Part shown: positions 12,121 through 24,099 of the stretch, piece after piece
Numbering within the stretch: position 1 is the stretch's first letter
Layout: each line of letters begins with the position of its first letter
Origin: Takakia lepidozioides
Lineage: Eukaryota; Plantae; Bryophyta
Length of the DNA: 64,000 bases
Reading direction: 5' to 3'
Assembly: GCA_030704615.1 (NCBI GenBank)
Contig: CM060731.1
Span: 31,496,001-31,560,000 of the forward strand
Notes under the pieces: model-generated
The model's database searches: none
The model's input: the letters and a program-made list of their open reading frames with translations, nothing else
What the model was told of the DNA's origin: nothing
Translations under genes and position numbers: made by a program

Positions 12121-14385
12121 TGGTTGAGCCCTAGAATACAACTTCCTGGCAATGGTGCTCCTAAAGAACTGGCAACAGAAGACCCAAGCCTCGAGCGACC
12201 TACTGCAGCAAAAGCATGAGAAATGAAGAGGGCGGGAGCGAGATTGATGGAGAGTTGGAGAGCTTGGGCGTGGACTAAGGAGAAGCAGACAATGTGAAAG
12301 ACAGAGGGGGAAGAGAGGAGGGTGGAGAGGATGATATTAAGGATCGTATGAAAAAGCTAGGAAGCTGTCGAGCTTCAACCCTCCCCGCATCGCTTAAACG
12401 CATGTGGTCTCCAAAGCTTCCATCTCGGACCCTAGCTATGCACCTGCAAATCATCCCACGACACAAAGAAAGAAAAACGACCAAGTCCAAGACTCATCGT
12501 TCAGCACACAACCCCGCAACCCTAAATCTATTTTGAAAATTATTTTGAACTTTTATTGGATAGTACACTTTTTGTTACCCCAGTGGTTTGGGGCTCAAAT
12601 CTTGCTACGTCCTTTTTATATGTGGTACGGTATGAGAATTTCACTTTATTGTAATGAGTATAATGTTAATTTTTGTTATGAAGTGGTAGTAGAAATCAAT
12701 AAAGGCAGGCCAAAATGAGCTAATTAATATGAACAAATTTAAATTATGTAATGCATGTTTGGCCATATCCGGGTCATATGAAACCTGTTTGATGTAGTTT
12801 TTGGGGGGGGTAGCTTCAGGGCTTACAATGCTACCTACCTACACCTCATTTTTGGGCTCTTGCAAAAAGTCTATAGATTTTTCCAAAGTATATTAGATTA
12901 TCTATTTTTTAAATAAAAAAATAAATGGAAATACCACCTAGGAGCTACAACTCACAAATTATCAGGCTTATCTACTAGATGTGACATATAAAAATTTGAA
13001 TGAAATATAAAAAAACTATTTTCAAGCCTTATAGTGAGTTCAATTATTTGGAAATTTTGTATTTTTGGAACTGGCTTAATTTATTTTCATTCTAAAATTC
13101 ATTGTTGAAGTTTGGACATTGGAGAAAATGCAAATTTTGATGGTCTACGGGCACTCTCTACCTTATCAGATCAGCCCATACCTAGGTCATTAGATAGTGC
13201 CACGGCTCTAAGTGGAGAAGAGTTGGCTATGTTGACTACCATATTTCAAGCTAGTTTTGTATGACCAAACATTGTTCCAGTTGAGGAACGTGCTTCAGAG
13301 AATGAATACTGTGATTCAGATTCAAAATAAAATTGATTGTTTCCTACAATGATTTGGACACTTGTATGTATTTTAAAGTCTGCCACAGGTGCACAAACCA
13401 CTTCAACATTTTCATGTATCACCACAAGAGTGGTACTAGTCAGTGAGGTGTCTTTAACCACAAACAGTCTACCACCGTCCAAGTGATACCAATCATTGCG
13501 GTGTCTTTAACCACTCACTATGTACCACTGTCCAAGTGGTATTAATCACTGAGGTGTCTTTAACCACATAACATTCTAGAATTAACATGAAAGACTTAAG
13601 ACCTGGCTATGTTGGCTACATGCATTTAAGCGGCATTTGTATAACCAACCGCTATTCCAGTTGAGGAAAGTGATTCACAGGGTGACGAATATGTTTCAGA
13701 TTCAGAATAAAGTTTATTGTTGGAACCATTTGTTCAATAGCATCATTCTACAATGGTCTGGACACTTGTCTGTTTTCCAAAGTCTGTCACAGGTGCACAA
13801 ACCACTTGAAGTTTTTCATGTATCACCACAAAAGTGGTATCAATCACTGTTGTGTAGGCAACCACTCATGAGTGACCACTAGAATAGTGGTTCCAATTAC
13901 TACAGTGTCTTTCACCACCCACTCTCCACCACTGTCAAAGTGGTAAAAATCAATGAGGTGTCTTTAACCACTCAAGATCAATGTGCATTGTCCCCGTCCA
14001 CGTGGAATATTATATTAATTAATTAAAATAGATTTCCAAATCATAAATCATAAATAAAATTTGAATTATTACACGTGGAGTAGCAAGTGGTTTCAACCAC
14101 TTCCCATCACCGAGGTGTCTATAACCACTCACAATGTACCACTGCACTCGTCCACATGGAATATTATATTTATTAATTAAAATATATTACCAAATAAAAA
14201 AATAACAATAAATTATTACACGTGGACTACTGAGTGGTTGAAACCACTTCCAACCACTGTCTGTGATGCCACCGTGGCATTTCATCGGGATTAACCACTG
14301 GCAAGTGGTTACTAGTGGTTTATAGAGTGGGAAAAGACAGTAGTGGTTAAAGGGCCAGTGGTTATTCCGCGTTTTTCTTCTAGTG

Positions 14386-14660
14386 TATACGGTCAGGGTG
14401 ATGATGGTGAGAAGATGGGCGAGAGAGGTGGTTGCGGATGAGAAAGAGCGAGGTGAGGCTGTCTATGAAGATATAATGTGGAGGGGAGAATGATGACAGT
14501 TGGGTGAGTGCTTCAAATATTGCCATTAGTTCTGTACGAAGTATGGTAGGAGGATCAGGAAGTCTGTGAGCAGTGCCCTGATCGGTGGCAGCATGATATA
14601 CTCCATAACCAGCGTGGGAGCCGGTGAGAGAGCCGTCGGTGTAGTGGGAGTGGGACGAGG
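14386..14660 (-). pseudogene. LINE RNase H domain (C-terminal GNEAAD part displaced to about 8490-8514)
   Basis: HYTDGS, AGYGVY, TILRTELMAI and YIFIDSLTSL; GNEAAD in ORF 8199-8561. Confidence 0.85.
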
Positions 14661-15059
14661 GAAATTGTGGGGGCATAGCTTGGCAGTATGATGGGAGGCC
14701 GGGGAGCGTAGGTTGGGCGGGGGAAGGGCGCGGTAGCGCCTTATTCCATGCCTTACTTAGGTTAACCCTAGGGAGTGGGCTGGATAGAATTGTGGGGGTA
14801 AGATGGGGGTAGATGGTGGGTTTTAGTTTGTGAGTGTGCTTTAGAACTTGATCTAGTAGAGCAGGGAAGGTGGCGGGTATGGTGGAGTGCGTGGTATGCT
14901 GGACATGGAGGAGGAGGGTGAAAGTGGGTTCTGTGCAACGGAGATATTTAGGGAGAGGTGGGGTGTGGGTGTATCGGAGTTGGTTAGGTTCGATGCGGCG
15001 AGAAGTGTTATGCCGGGTGGGAATTGTAGGAGGGGATGGGGATTGGTGGGTAGCTTTTG

Positions 15060-15350
15060 GTGAGTGAGTAGAAGGATCGTGACGTTTGACGGGGAGGAGT
15101 GTGTGGCCATGCGGGCCCATTGGAGGGCCTCATGCCTGAGGGGGCCTGAGGGGGGGTGGGCAAAGCCATTCCCTGCCCATGTGTGTTGGGTGGCGTGTCC
15201 GGTGGCACCGAAGATGCAGTCACAGGGGTGGGGGCTGGCAAAGGTTGTGAATCCCATCGGGCATGTAAGCGGACTGGAATAATATGAGTGAGTGAGTTGG
15301 AAAGTGGTAATGAGCAAAGAGAGGATGTCTAGGGGGATAGTACTGTGAGC
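15060..15350 (-). pseudogene. PCIF1/CAPAM-like adenine methyltransferase-fold domain within the LINE ORF
   Basis: IPLDILSLLITTFQLTHSYYSSPLTCP..FASPHPCDCIFGATG..GNGFAHPP parallels PCIF1 (recalled) FECFASPLNC..YCSAFPDTDGYFGSRG..GSFEANPPF in order and spacing. Confidence 0.7.
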
Positions 15351-15515
15351 AGAGGCTTGTGACAGTTTTAGAAAAGAGCGGGGTTTTTTGGGAGGGGTGT
15401 CTTGGAGGTAGCGGGAGACAAGCCAGCTAAATTTGGTAGCAAAGTCTTGGCGGGGTGGGTGGATTTGAGTGTCGCATGGGGAGGGAGTAGAGTATTTGGC
15501 CCAAAGCCATGCTGA

Positions 15516-15577
15516 CATGGTTTTAGTCATGGTTAACTAGAAGTAGGTAATTCTAGTTAACCATGACTAAAACCATG
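15516..15577. repeat. Perfect 27-bp-stem hairpin
   Basis: CATGGTTTTAGTCATGGTTAACTAGAA-gtaggtaa-TTCTAGTTAACCATGACTAAAACCATG. Confidence 0.95.
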
Positions 15578-16592
15578 ATAGTTGTCGTGCACCTAAGCAT
15601 CTTGGGTGCGTGCCTCAGAAATGGAAAACGCATCCGAGGCGGTTGCAGCTTTCGAAGGACGACCTCAAAAGCGGAAGAAGCGTTGATGGGGACATCAACC
15701 TTGGAGCGTGGGGGAGGAAATGCATGCTTAGCCCGGCTTAGCTAGCTTAGGAATCCGATTACAAAAACTTGTATTGTACAAAAATTTGTTATAAAGGAAA
15801 TGGGTTCCAAATGTTGTGCGTCCTATTTTGTTTGGAATGGTGATGCATGGTATGGTTGGCTAGTGTGTAGAATGCATGCTAGCTTATAAAAGTGGGAGAG
15901 GTAAATTGGGTTAATCGTGTGTTTGCGTAGTGCCGAAATCGGGTGACCCCCATCCAAGGGGCAAGGAAACTTGCGCCTTCTTTGGGAGTTCACGTGCTAG
16001 TGCGCACCTGGCGCGTGCGCGTACTATAACCGCGCTACCGAGGGGGTTGCCTTGTAGTGCGGGCTAACGCGGAAGCTACGTGCTTCCGTTCACGTACTAT
16101 AATCGTGTAGCCTCAGGACGAAGTCGTAGTGCGGCTTCGGCGTGTTCCCGTACCTCAGGCCAGCATTCCAAGGCGGATCCAATTGTAGTGATTGGGGCGC
16201 ACGGTTGGTTCAAGGTTATCTTCCTAGTCAAAGAGGGTTCCAGGTGAACCCTTGCTCAAGGTGATGCCAAAAGCGGCATCATGAGCGATCGCAAGCAATG
16301 TTTTTGCAGTAAGGCGATTCGATCCTCGGGGAGGATCGTTCCTTGGCCTTGAAGTAGGCCAAGAAGAGTGCACTGGGAGGAGCTGGAGAGGCTCCACCCT
16401 TGGCCGGGACTTGGAGGAAGTCGGCCGAACTAGCTAGTGGAGAGTAGAGTCAAGTGTGGGGTTTGGTTCTTTGCCATGGGACGCCATGGTACGGAAACAA
16501 ACTCTTTGTTGTGGGACGCCACAACTTGGATGTTCGTTTCTACAAAATGGACAAGTCGATGAGGACATCGACTCCCTGTTGGTAGGGGTGTG

Positions 16593-17313
16593 TATCGCGG
16601 CCCTTTGCCTTGAGGGCAGGGGGTCGGGACACATGAGGGGCTGCCCCTGTGGTGGGGGCAGCGATAGGTATGGGGGGGCTGAAGCACCCTTGAGTGCCCA
16701 AGGCACTCGAGTAGGCGGAGGCGCTCACTAGGTGGAGCCCCGCACACCGGGTTGCGGTGGGGGTGGCTCCACAAGGGGTGGTGGTAGCTTAGCGGGACTT
16801 AGTGGGGGTGGCATAGGACTCACCATGGGGGCGGAGACCTCGTGGTGGGAGTCGTGGGAAGTCTTGGGACTCATCACGGTCCATAGGGGCCGTGGTGAGC
16901 GGGCCAAGACTCACCGCGACTCATCACCGGGAGTCGAGGGTTTTCGTGGTGGTTCGCCATAAAATGGCATGGCTGGTTGTGAAACCCCCGCGGACAGCTA
17001 CAGAAGTATATATAGGGAGTAGTAACCCCGTGAACGGTGCAAGCCCGTTGGTGACCAAAAACTAGTGAGTAAGCGAGCGAGCCGGAAAGCGACCAAAGAG
17101 TGGGGAGCTGTTCCGGACTGCCATCTACCAAAGGGAATTCCACTAGTCCCAATTAGGTGGAGGGTTTAGTGGGAAGCGAAGGGGGGACCGTTATGTCCCG
17201 GTGAGCAGCCGAAGCTCCAAGTTGGCCCGGCGGCCAGGTTGGGAGTCAGGCGCGCGCATCAAAGCGAGTAACTATGACGTGAAGGGGAGCTTACGGAAGG
17301 GAGGTGCACGACA
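16593..17313 (+). mobile_element. LTR of the same family as 8888-10360 (solo LTR, or 3' LTR of a deleted element)
   Basis: High similarity to 8888-10360, ends ...GCACGACA, flanks GTGTG/GTGCG (near-TSD), preceded by a purine-rich PPT-like stretch. Confidence 0.75.
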
Positions 17314-18539
17314 GTGCGGAGTGTAGGGATTAGATTAGCACTTGTGTGTTGAAGAGCTTGGGAAGATAGCTCTTGTGTTGCAAGGTGTTGCATATATTAC
17401 AAAGGAAAATCCTTGTGGTGTTAGGGCTTTGAGAGATATTGCTTTGCCCTAAGGAGGTAGAGAGCTCAAAGATGGAGCTCTTGTAGATCACAAGGGTTGC
17501 AAGGAAAGATACTTGTGGTGTTACACCAAGGTGTTGGAGAGCTCAAGAAGGAGCTTGTTGCCACAAGATTTGCAAGGATTGCAATAGGGAAGTCTTGTGT
17601 GTGTGGAAGCATGGATTCTAGGGTTTGATAATCATTTCTATGCATTATGGAGTCAATGGTGTGTGCCATGGCTTGAGGAGAGCAACTAAAGGATTGTTAG
17701 TGCTCATTTCACTATCAATCTAGGGTTAAACAAGCTCAATTGTGGATGTTGTGGAAGAGAAGCCAAGGAGCTACATAGGCTTGGGCTTGAAGACAACAAG
17801 GGCAAGCACTTGGAGAGCATTAAGAAGCTCAAGAGGTTTGAAAGGAAGCATATGGGTGAAAATTCTATACATGATGATGTGAAACCAAGTCTAGAGCATT
17901 GAAGAGCTTGGAGCACATGTAGGAGATCATTGGAGGTGATCTTCATGAAGAAAAGAGATTGTGGGTCAAGGCATGCATAGCAACTTCAACCATACATTAG
18001 CATGTGACAAGACAAAGAAGGGGAAGGTGAAGCTCATGTATTCATTCCCTTTGGGCTTAAGTTTTGTGGTGGAAGGTTGATCAAGCAAGTGATGCTTATG
18101 TGGAGCATGCTTCCCAAGTGTGGCTTCCAACTTCAAGCTTGAGGAGAGCTAGAAGGTGAAAAGAGCAAGTTGATTCCCTTGTGCATGAGGTGATGCATGT
18201 GTGGAGCATGCTTTTGGCTTGAGCTTTGCAATTTCAAGCTTGAGAGGAGTGGCTCTTGAGCTAGCAAGTGAATGGAGCTTGAATGACCAAGGCTTGAGAG
18301 GAGATAAGGCTTGGTGGCTTGCCAAAGGAGGTACAAGCTTGATTTTGAGTTCCAATGAGAAATTGAGCTTGTTGCGTGGCCAATGCATTGCTAGTTGAGT
18401 TGGAGACAAACTTGAGTAGCTTAAGGTGAAGAAGATCAAGGGAATTTGCCTTGGTACCCCATAGAATTCATGGATGCTTGAGGGGATTAAGCATAGAGCC
18501 CCAAGGAGCACAAACCCTAGCTTGGTAAGGCTAAACCTC

Positions 18540-19070
18540 AAGGAAATAGAGGGGGAAGTGGCTAAAGCTTAGGGGGAAATGGCTAAACCCAAGGGAAAAT
18601 GGCTAAACCCTAGGGGGAAATGAACTACTCTATGAGGGGGAAATGGCTATTCCAAGGGGAGAAATGGCTATTCCTAAGGAGAATACAAGGGGAATACAAG
18701 GGGAATACGTATAGGCCCAAGGGAATACTGGGGGAATACTATAGAATATTCTCAGGAATATTCCTAAGGAACCTATTGGGAACTTATTGGGAACTTGGGA
18801 ACGTATTGGGAACATGGTGACATAGGAAAAGCCCTTGGAGGACTGTTTGGAGGGCCATTGGGAGTCCTTGGGGGACTGTTTGGGGTCCTTGGAGAACCAT
18901 TTGGAGGACCATTGGGAGTCTTTGGAGGACTGTTTGGGGTCCTTGGAGGACCATTTGGAGGACCATTTAGAGTTCTTTGAAGGACTATTTGGGGTCCTTG
19001 GAGGCCAATATTTGGCGAGCTTGAGGAGTCTTTGGCGACTTGAGTGAGGGACTATTTGGGGTCCTCGAGG
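18540..19070. repeat. Short tandem repeats inside the LTR-like region
   Basis: GGGGAAATGGCTA(AA/TT)CC about 5 times, then TTGGAGGAC(TGT/CCA)TT(T)GG units about 12 times. Confidence 0.85.
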
Positions 19071-19797
19071 GCTAAGTTTTGGCAGGCTCTTGGGGCCTTG
19101 GTATACTGTTTTGGAGTCCCATTGTGCAAGGATTAGGAGCCTTAGTGAGATTGTTTGAGAGACATATTCTTGAGGGCTCCTGGAGAGTTATTTGAGAGAC
19201 ACTTGAAAGGTAGTCTTGTCTATTATTCAAGCAAGAGAGTGTGGAGATAGGGTAGTGGGATGAGGGCATGCTGGGATTAGGAATTGCTTTAGTCTCTATT
19301 CCTTGTAGTCTTTTACCCTCTCTGTAGGCCAAAACCTTTCCGTAGGTAGAGGCAAGAGTCAGTCCGGGTTTGGGCTGGGGTGTCATTGCAAGAGCAACAC
19401 TGTGGAGTGTTTTTGGTGTTGGGGAGTTGCTGTCTTGATTCTCTTGTGTTTGGATCCCCTCCACATCTGCATGCTTAACTGTGCGCCATGTTAGCTTTGT
19501 ATGTGCGCTTGTTTTCATAGGAGGTTGGTCCGGATTTGATCACCGGTCAATCCTAGAGCGTGCTGTCGGTGGTGAGGCTGGGGTGATGACCAGTCAGACC
19601 ATCATTGTTTCTCTTATGGTGAGGCTGGGTTGATGACCAGCAGACCATAGGAGTGCTTGCGGTGGATGCAGATGCAGGTTTATGTTACGAACCTAGTAGT
19701 CTAAGCCATAAGCCGCAACAGGTTCTCTATCCGGTTACCTTGTGGAAAAGGGGATTAGAGATAGGTTTACAACAGGTTGTGAGTTTTCATCACGGAG

Positions 19798-21397
19798 GTG
19801 CCACCAGTTGCTGAGGAGAGTGCCGGTACAAGCACCAGCGATACTAGTGGGTATACAAGACGAGGTGTGCGGTTTAGGCCACCTTCACCTTCAGTGTTTT
19901 CTGAAGAAGGTTCAGACTCAAAGTTAGGAGGATTCTCGCCGAGGGTGCAAGTCATTTCCGTGCCATTGTTGTGGGATATGATGGAGGAACTGTATGGAGC
20001 TACCAAGGGGCCACGTCGGTACTCTGGAGCTATGGGCACCATCGAGCTTGATGATTTCATACAAGAATTTGATAGTTGGTGTGATTTGCAGCAGATGCGC
20101 AATCCACAACTGTTTACGCCTTTTATGGCGTGGAAGGGGCTGTTTCAGCACCTTGAGGGGCCGCCCATGGATGACTACCATGAGTTTAGGCAAGGACATG
20201 AGGTGGAGATTGAGGAATGGCGGGTGTATTGGTCACCTGACTATGTCTCCATCATTAGAGGCACAAGGGCAGTGGTGACACTGGCAGCTTCTGCAAGCAG
20301 CAGTGGGACGTCAAATGGAACAGGAGCTAGGAAGTCCACCCAAGCTCCTGCTGCAGCCAACACCCGTGCCTGCCTTTAACCCAGTTGTGGAGTTCTTCGA
20401 GGAGTTAAGGAGAAACTACCAGGGGATAAGGACGGAGAAATTGCGGAGCTTGCAAGAGTTCCAACAAAAGCCTACCGAGAGTTTAAGGGAGGCTTACACG
20501 CGCATGAGGCGATTGATAAATGTAACCCAAGGGGTGACGGAAGCTCAAGTAGTCCAATTTTGGTATGGGATATTGGACAAGGAGCTGAGGAGAAGGGTGC
20601 GGGATGCAACTCTCCTACAAGTGGCCCAACCCACCTTAACAAACGTGTTTTTGCTGGCAGAGTAGATAGAGCTCAATATGGTGGAGGAACGAGTGGTCAT
20701 GGTGGGGTTTGGTAAGGAGACACAACAAAGTGGGGCTCTTAGCCAACAACAACCACTACCCCAACGTGCTCAAGGCAACAAAGAGGCTCAGGCGAAGCCC
20801 AGGGAAGGATAGAGAGGATCTCAATTGCTGAGGTCACTTCCTTCATTCTCAGGCCAACAACAGTCAGAAGTGACATGTTGGGATTGTGGAGGACCCCATG
20901 TTAAGAGAGATTGCCCGGAGAGAGGCAAAGGGTCGGCACGGGCACAACCTACACAACCACAGTGTGGGCATTGTGGCAAGTATGGGCATGAAGAGACCCA
21001 TTGTTATGATGTGCATCCTGAGTTACGGCTAGACCAGATCCAAAGGAACAATGGTGGCCGAGGACGAGGCAATGTATTCCAGAGAGGTAGAAGAGGCAGA
21101 GGTCGTGGTGGAGGTCGTAACCAAAACCAAGGAGCACAGGGTCAAGATCAAGGTCATGACCAAGGCATGGTGGATAGGCTTGCCCAGCTAGAGCAACGTC
21201 TTGCTACCATGGCCACTACTCATGTTGTGCCTGCTACAAGGCCCGAGGTTCAAGCCCCACCTGCACAACCTCCTTTGCGTAGGGTAGACCAGATTGGTAT
21301 GGGCTTCATGTGTGGAGCCGTACTTGCAGGACCATTGCATGTGGACTCTGTAGCTGCTGTCACTCGAGCAGCAACACGTGCTCCTGAGCCAAGATGA
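19798..21397 (+). pseudogene. gag: Ty3/gypsy gag
   Basis: FQQKPTESLREAYTRMRRL (capsid MHR-like), zinc knuckles CWDCGGPHVKRDC and CGHCGKYGHEETHC, RGG-rich tract. One frameshift and stops. Confidence 0.85.
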
Positions 21398-21844
21398 GCG
21401 AATATGGATTTTGATCCACAAAGAGGGGAAGCAAGTCTGCAGACAAGGCTTCCACAGTCTTTCACATTGGCTGAGACAGTGCCAACTATGCCATCGATGA
21501 CACCCGCTCGCCCAAGTGTGTCAGAGGTAGAGCCACGAGTGCCATTGGGGAAAGTTGGTATGGCTTGGGAAATGCCAATGGGTGGTTCTGCAAAGCAAGG
21601 TGCAGCCAGTACATTGTTGGGGGCGGCTACGGCAATTTTCCAAGCTCCATTGTTTTCTACCACGACAATTGCAATGTCGGGGATGCGGCCAGTTGCAGTG
21701 TTTAGACTGGCAGTTGTACTCTGTGAGAGTGGTGATGCATCGGCACTATCTGCGGGGATAGCGGTTTAGGTGCAGTGCATGGATGCCCTGGATTCAAGGG
21801 TGAAGACAGCCACAGCTGCGCCATGACAAGCGGCAACTACAAGG

Positions 21845-22400
21845 TTGCAAGAGTTGCCAGCTAGACCAGCCATTAAGCGTAGTATGGTGACTCCTGGGGT
21901 AGTCCTGGTGGACAATCAGGATGGTGTGTTTCAGTTGGGTGGCCCAGCCGGGAGGAGGTATAGGCCACTGCAGGTCTTGTTGGACTCGGGAGCACAGCCA
22001 TTGATGTTGGGGAGAGCAGCAATTGTAGGCTTGGGTCTTACAGAGGCGGATTTGGAGCCTTGCCCTTTCCAAATTCAAACATCTTTGGGCGGTTCAGAGA
22101 AGGCACGAAGGATTACACGCCATGAGTTCTTCATTCGATTGTACCCAGATCATCCTACAGATGGCTCTGTCATGAGAGCTAAAGCCATTGTTATGGATGC
22201 GATGTCTTATGATGTGTTTGTTGGTGGGGCTGTGTTATACCCGATGGGCTTTACTTTGGACTTTTGGGAAGAAACGACATCCTACAGGCCGGAGTGGCAG
22301 TCAGGAAATTGCCGACGTGCACTGCTCCCGATGCGGTTTATTGGGAATGTAGCGGTGGATCATAGGAACATGATGCCGACATTGGCTGCATTCTCAGGGG
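21845..22400 (+). pseudogene. Retrotransposon aspartic protease
   Basis: VLLDSGAQ active-site motif; YDVFVGGAVL C-terminal motif. Confidence 0.85.
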
Positions 22401-22683
22401 TGGTGAGCTCTTGGAGGGCAATAGCCATGCAGATGATAGGCCACCACCTGATGAGGACAAACAATTGGCATACAAGACTGATTTACTTCCTCATGTACCT
22501 GTTCATATTCCACTGTGGGGTACAGTTAGGAATTTGTATCGAGTAGCAGGCAAGTGTGTACACCAAGCATGGCGGGAGGCCTATCCATTGGTGAGTGAGG
22601 GGAGTTTAGTGACATCACCTAGACCTCCTCAGTTAGCTCCTTTGGATACAGTGCCCATTACCTGGCAACCACCTGACTCAGGG

Positions 22684-23610
22684 ATTTGTTTGCTAGACCT
22701 GTTTGGAGGCATGAGCACTGGGCTTGCAGGAGTGTTGCAAACTGGGATTAAAGTATGAAAGTACTTGTATGGGGAGAAGGCTCGGCGTATTTCTATGCGC
22801 CACATTGCCTTGCTCACACACCAGTACCCTGAGTTGCTGCCTCTCTCAGCAATTCAAGGGTACCAAAAGGCCTTGCCAGCAGACATTATCATGTTGGGGG
22901 CGGATGATTTGGACCGGCATGGTGCCATTGACTTGGTGATAGCTGGATGACCTTGCCAATGACACTATCCCGTAGGTCATGGGAATGGCTTGCATGATGC
23001 ACGATCGCATTTGTTTTGGGAGATGTTGAGAGTGTTGCGTGACTTGCAGACGAGGCAAATGCAACCTCTAGCCTATATCTTGGAGAATGTTCCTCTTACG
23101 GGAGACTCTCGGGCCAGGGTTATGGCCAGTGTGCATCAAGTGCGGTCTTGGATTGGATCGGCGGTGTTATTGGAGTAGCAGCGGTGGGATCACAAGCGCA
23201 TCGACCTCGATTGTGGTGGACCAATCTTGCACCACCAGAACTGCTCAAGAGAGCATACGATTCCATTCAACGGCCACCCAATCTCAAAGTTGAGGGCATT
23301 TTGGACCAAGGGAGGCAACCACAGAGGGTGCGACATGATGACCTCCACCTCTAGCAGTAGTAAATTGAGTGGGGCAACCACATGCGGCCTTGCCTACGCT
23401 TATGAGCTTTCCCTCGTCTCATGCTTTTCGAGACAAAGGTCCTGGGTTGATTTGGGACAATGTGCTACAACAATTGGTGGAGCCCAATGCAGATGAGCGA
23501 GAGCAGACAATGGGATTTGCCACGAGCACTACAACTGTGCCAGCTCTGTCAGAGGCATCACGATGCCAGGTGTTGGATCATGCAATGGATCTCAATTGCT
23601 TGACATGGGT
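22684..23610 (+). pseudogene. DNMT3-type C5 cytosine DNA methyltransferase domain embedded in the pol region
   Basis: Motif I LLDLFGGMSTG; motif IV IDLVIAG*PCQ (PC at 22951-22956); motif VI YILENV; motif VIII SQAHRPRLWWTNL; motifs IX-X EREQTMGF..SEASRCQVLDHAMD. Stops at 22756, 22948 and 22960 and a frameshift near 23175. Confidence 0.92.
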
Positions 23611-24099
23611 CATTGGTTTATGCATGGCTGAGCAACGGAGATTGCAAGCATTGGTGGCTATTTCTGTACTCCCATTTGGTATTGTATCTCCTCTACGAAC
23701 CGGGACGGTTGAGGCAGTGAGTGGGGGTGAGCACAGGATCATGGGGTGCAAACACCCATGGCAGATGTGGGATGAGATGCGGAAAGAGAGAGTCTTTGGA
23801 TCTCTCAAGCAGCAATATGAGGAGCGGGGAGAGCCATACACTGAGGATCAGTTGGAGGCCAAGGTGGCCAATGTTTTTAAAGAGGTTGAGAATGTTTCTT
23901 CCCCAGAGGATGTTCTCAAGGTGGCTATGGCAGAGCAAGTGGAGGCTACGCCACGGTCAGGGTGTGCGGATAAGGCCCAAGAGGTTGCTATCTAGTAACC
24001 AAAGGATGCGTCTCCTACCTTCAAGCCTGGTGTACCCAAGGTTGCAGTCACTGAGGACAACTGGGAACCAGATGTTGGACCTACAATCACCGGAGGAGA

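Larger units (their letters stand above)
8515..14385. mobile_element. Non-autonomous CACTA-like element carrying captured sequence; left end uncertain
   Basis: The right terminus ...GTTTTTCTTCTAGTG (CACTAGAAGAAAAAC reversed) at 14385 abuts LINE sequence. Dense ACCACT/AGTGGT subterminal repeats at about 13430-14365. The left TIR is missing or degenerate (CACTA at 8522?) and some adjacent RNase H sequence is lost. Confidence 0.6.

Noticed and set aside
15583-17313. Single solo LTR defined by a 12-bp terminal inverted repeat
   Set aside because: There is no TSD, and the homologous TSD-bounded solo LTR (8888-10360) shows that this LTR starts near 16593.
18620-19047. Short repetitive ORFs (GGLFGGPLG / LEDHWES)
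   Set aside because: They are translations of tandem repeats in LTR-like DNA and are open in several frames.
22684-23610. Bacterial restriction-modification methylase or contamination
   Set aside because: The motifs are DNMT3-like, the domain is colinear with pol and co-decayed, and there is no restriction gene or bacterial context.
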